From an uncultured delta proteobacterium (GTDB lineage: Bacteria > Desulfobacterota > Binatia > Binatales > Binataceae): a stretch of DNA of 64,000 nucleotides. The notes under the pieces are model-generated. The model was not told the origin of the DNA. It searched no databases and worked only from the letters and a program-made list of their open reading frames with translations. The position numbers and the translations under genes are program-made. Numbering within the stretch: the stretch's first letter is position 1; every line of letters starts with the position of its first letter. Positions 62,532-64,000 of the stretch are shown here, piece after piece. The DNA is taken from positions 114,548 through 178,547 of the forward strand of contig CAVZDJ010000011.1 in assembly GCA_963773975.1 (NCBI GenBank), read 5' to 3'.

Positions 62532-63494
62532 ATGACGTTGCCGGGGCGCGGCCAACTGATCGCCGCGGCGCAAATCGTCGGCGCGGCGCTCGCCCCAACG
62601 GCGCAGATCCGATGGCCGCTGCTCGGTGCGCGCACCGGCGCCGAAGTCTGGGTCAAGCACGAAAACCACAGTCCCGTGGGCGCGTTCAAGCTGCGCGGCG
62701 GAATCGTCTATGTCGACGGCCTCGCGCGCGCGGCGCGGCCGCCCATCGGACTGGTCGCGGCGACGCGCGGCAATCACGGCCAAAGTATCGCGTACGCCGC
62801 GGCGCGCGCCGGGATGCGGGCGACGATCGTCGTTCCGTATCGCAACAGCCGCGAGAAAAATGCCGCGATGCGCGCGCTCGGCGCGGACCTGGTCGAGCAC
62901 GGCCACGATTTCCAGGCCGCGCTTGAATTCGCCCAGCGCCTCGCCGCCGAGCGCGGCCTGCACATGGTGCCGTCGTTCGATCCGGCGCTGGTGCGCGGCG
63001 TCGCCAGCTACGCGCTCGAGTTTTTTAGCGCGGTCGCGGGCCTCGACACGGTCTACGTGCCGATTGGCCTCGGTTCGGGAATCTGCGGGATGATCGCGGC
63101 GCGCGAGGCACTCGGGCTCGGCACCAAAATCGTCGGCGTGGTGGCGGAGAACGCGCCGGCCTATGCGCTTTCGTTCGCGGCGGGCCGCGTGATCGCGACC
63201 GAGTCGGCCGACACGATCGCCGACGGCGTCGCCTGCCGCGTGCCGCTGGCGGAGGCGGTCGCGGTGATCAATCGATGGGCCGAGCGGATCGTGACCGTGA
63301 GCGAGGCGGAGATCGCGGCCGCGATGCGTTACTACTTCAGCGACACGCACAACGTGGCCGAGGGGGCGGGCGCGGCGCCGCTCGCGGCGCTGCTCAAGGA
63401 GCGGGCCGCGATGGAACGCCGGCGGGTCGGGCTGGTGCTCAGCGGCGGCAACGTCGATCGCGAGGTGTACGCGCGCGTGCTGGCCCAGGAATGA
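62532..63494 (+). CDS. PLP-dependent threonine/serine dehydratase-family enzyme
   Basis: PLP-lysine motif 'SPVGAFKLRGG', 'ATRGNHGQS', 'GLGSGICG'. ~320 aa with no regulatory ACT domain. Confidence 0.8.
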   Translation: MTLPGRGQLIAAAQIVGAALAPTAQIRWPLLGARTGAEVWVKHENHSPVGAFKLRGGIVYVDGLARAARPPIGLVAATRGNHGQSIAYAAARAGMRATIVVPYRNSREKNAAMRALGADLVEHGHDFQAALEFAQRLAAERGLHMVPSFDPALVRGVASYALEFFSAVAGLDTVYVPIGLGSGICGMIAAREALGLGTKIVGVVAENAPAYALSFAAGRVIATESADTIADGVACRVPLAEAVAVINRWAERIVTVSEAEIAAAMRYYFSDTHNVAEGAGAAPLAALLKERAAMERRRVGLVLSGGNVDREVYARVLAQE

Positions 63495-63558
63495 GCGACC
63501 CGCCGGCGTTCGCCCGAATCATTTGCTGGCCGGGAACGATGCTTCGCCAACTCTCGGT

Positions 63559-63793
63559 TGAGCCCTCGCCCGCATCATTTGCGGGCGAGGGTGTGGGTGA
63601 GGTTCCCTTAGAAATTCCTGACCTGAATCTTGAAGCGCCGCAGATAGACTGGGCCGTTCCCGGACGGCCCCTACGGAATAATGGCTGAAAAATTTTTAAT
63701 CGCGCGCCCCCCAAAGTCAGGCGCGCTGAATAATGGACCCTCACCCTACCCTCTCCCGCGCACTGACAGGATCGTTGCGCGGGCGAGGGCATG
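63559..63793. repeat. BIME/MITE-like element, third copy
   Basis: Forward unit at 63559-63605 and inverted unit at 63736-63793, downstream of the dehydratase gene. Confidence 0.8.
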
Positions 63794-64000
63794 AAACAGA
63801 GCAGAAAGAAAAAACCGCAGCGACGATCTATGCTCCGCGAAAGATTTGATCAGGCGCGACATCGGAGCGGCGACAGGAGTGTAGGTGAAAAAAGCTATTG
63901 CGCTGGGCGCGGGTGGGCGAGTCTAATCTGCAATCGTGGGCTCCTTCTTCGATTTCGCCGAGGTCTGCCAGTCGCTCAGCCAGACCAATAGCCGCCTCCA

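Noticed and set aside
59702-62689. 995-aa ORF on the minus strand
   Set aside because: Only the last ~424 codons (59702-60973) encode a coherent protein, the S11 carboxypeptidase with SxxK/SxN/KTG. The upstream ~570 codons are Arg/Ala-rich antisense read-through of the GT2-methyltransferase and dehydratase genes, which is typical of high-GC DNA.
63832-64000. Possible 3' end of a minus-strand gene at the window edge ('EAAIGLAERLADLGEIEEGAHDC...')
   Set aside because: The frame is open to the window edge, but the fragment is too short and has no recognisable motif. It is left unannotated.

Overview
High-GC (about 65-70% by eye) chromosomal segment from a diderm bacterium; the lineage cannot be assigned from sequence alone. 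All calls come from reading the ORF translations and the DNA. No searches were run, and all identity and GC figures are by-eye estimates.

Content, left to right:
- 1-1.8 kb: the 3' part of lptD followed directly by an LptE-like lipoprotein.
- 1.8-12.2 kb: lipoproteins and a mixed catabolic cluster. It holds an FMN alpha-hydroxy-acid dehydrogenase, a 2-keto-4-pentenoate hydratase-like protein, a DOPA-dioxygenase family protein, a GH88-like hydrolase, a family III CoA-transferase, an amidohydrolase, an MRJP/yellow-like protein and a MetE-like methyltransferase.
- 12.4-19.6 kb: a partial Tad/Flp pilus locus (tadG | tadE-tadZ/cpaE-tadA/cpaF-tadB-tadC). A CheY-like receiver and an Hpt protein are co-oriented with tadG.
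- 19.8-20.9 kb: a multiply disrupted kinase pseudogene.
- 21-23.2 kb: a porin-like gene plus two monoheme c-type cytochromes.
- 25-26.7 kb: a D-aminoacylase-family amidohydrolase, followed by a higBA remnant.
- 27-28.9 kb: a compact mauB-mauA (TTQ amine dehydrogenase) pair with no maturation genes nearby.
- 29.2-30.5 kb: an acyltransferase-3 gene.
- 30.8-42.7 kb: a decayed Mu-like prophage remnant. It keeps the CI/LexA-type repressor, a DnaA-domain-IV protein, a Mor-like protein, a GH108 lysis cassette, gp27-like TerS, TerL and a DUF935 portal. It has no transposase, head or tail genes, an MFS transporter sits inside it, and host REP/BIME-like repeats occupy its intergenic regions.
- 43.6-59.7 kb: a visibly lower-GC block bracketed by two divergent copies of a translationally coupled two-gene cassette. 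Each cassette is a DUF2844-like protein plus a secreted protein with pepsin-type DTG/DSG motifs. The block encloses glgP and a czcC-B-B'-A heavy-metal RND operon with tandem adaptor genes.
- 59.7-63.5 kb: a PBP5-type carboxypeptidase, a GT2-methyltransferase fusion and a threonine-dehydratase-like enzyme.

No rRNA, tRNA or CRISPR array was recognised. Three neighbouring genes (amidohydrolase, MRJP-like, Hpt) each need a one-base frame correction, which indicates either assembly indels or gene decay. Many long ORFs in the track are antisense or out-of-frame artefacts of the high GC content.

The candidates I rate most worth follow-up are the paired DUF2844-like/pepsin-like cassettes, the orphan mauBA pair, the dual-adaptor czc operon and the Tad-REC-Hpt arrangement.
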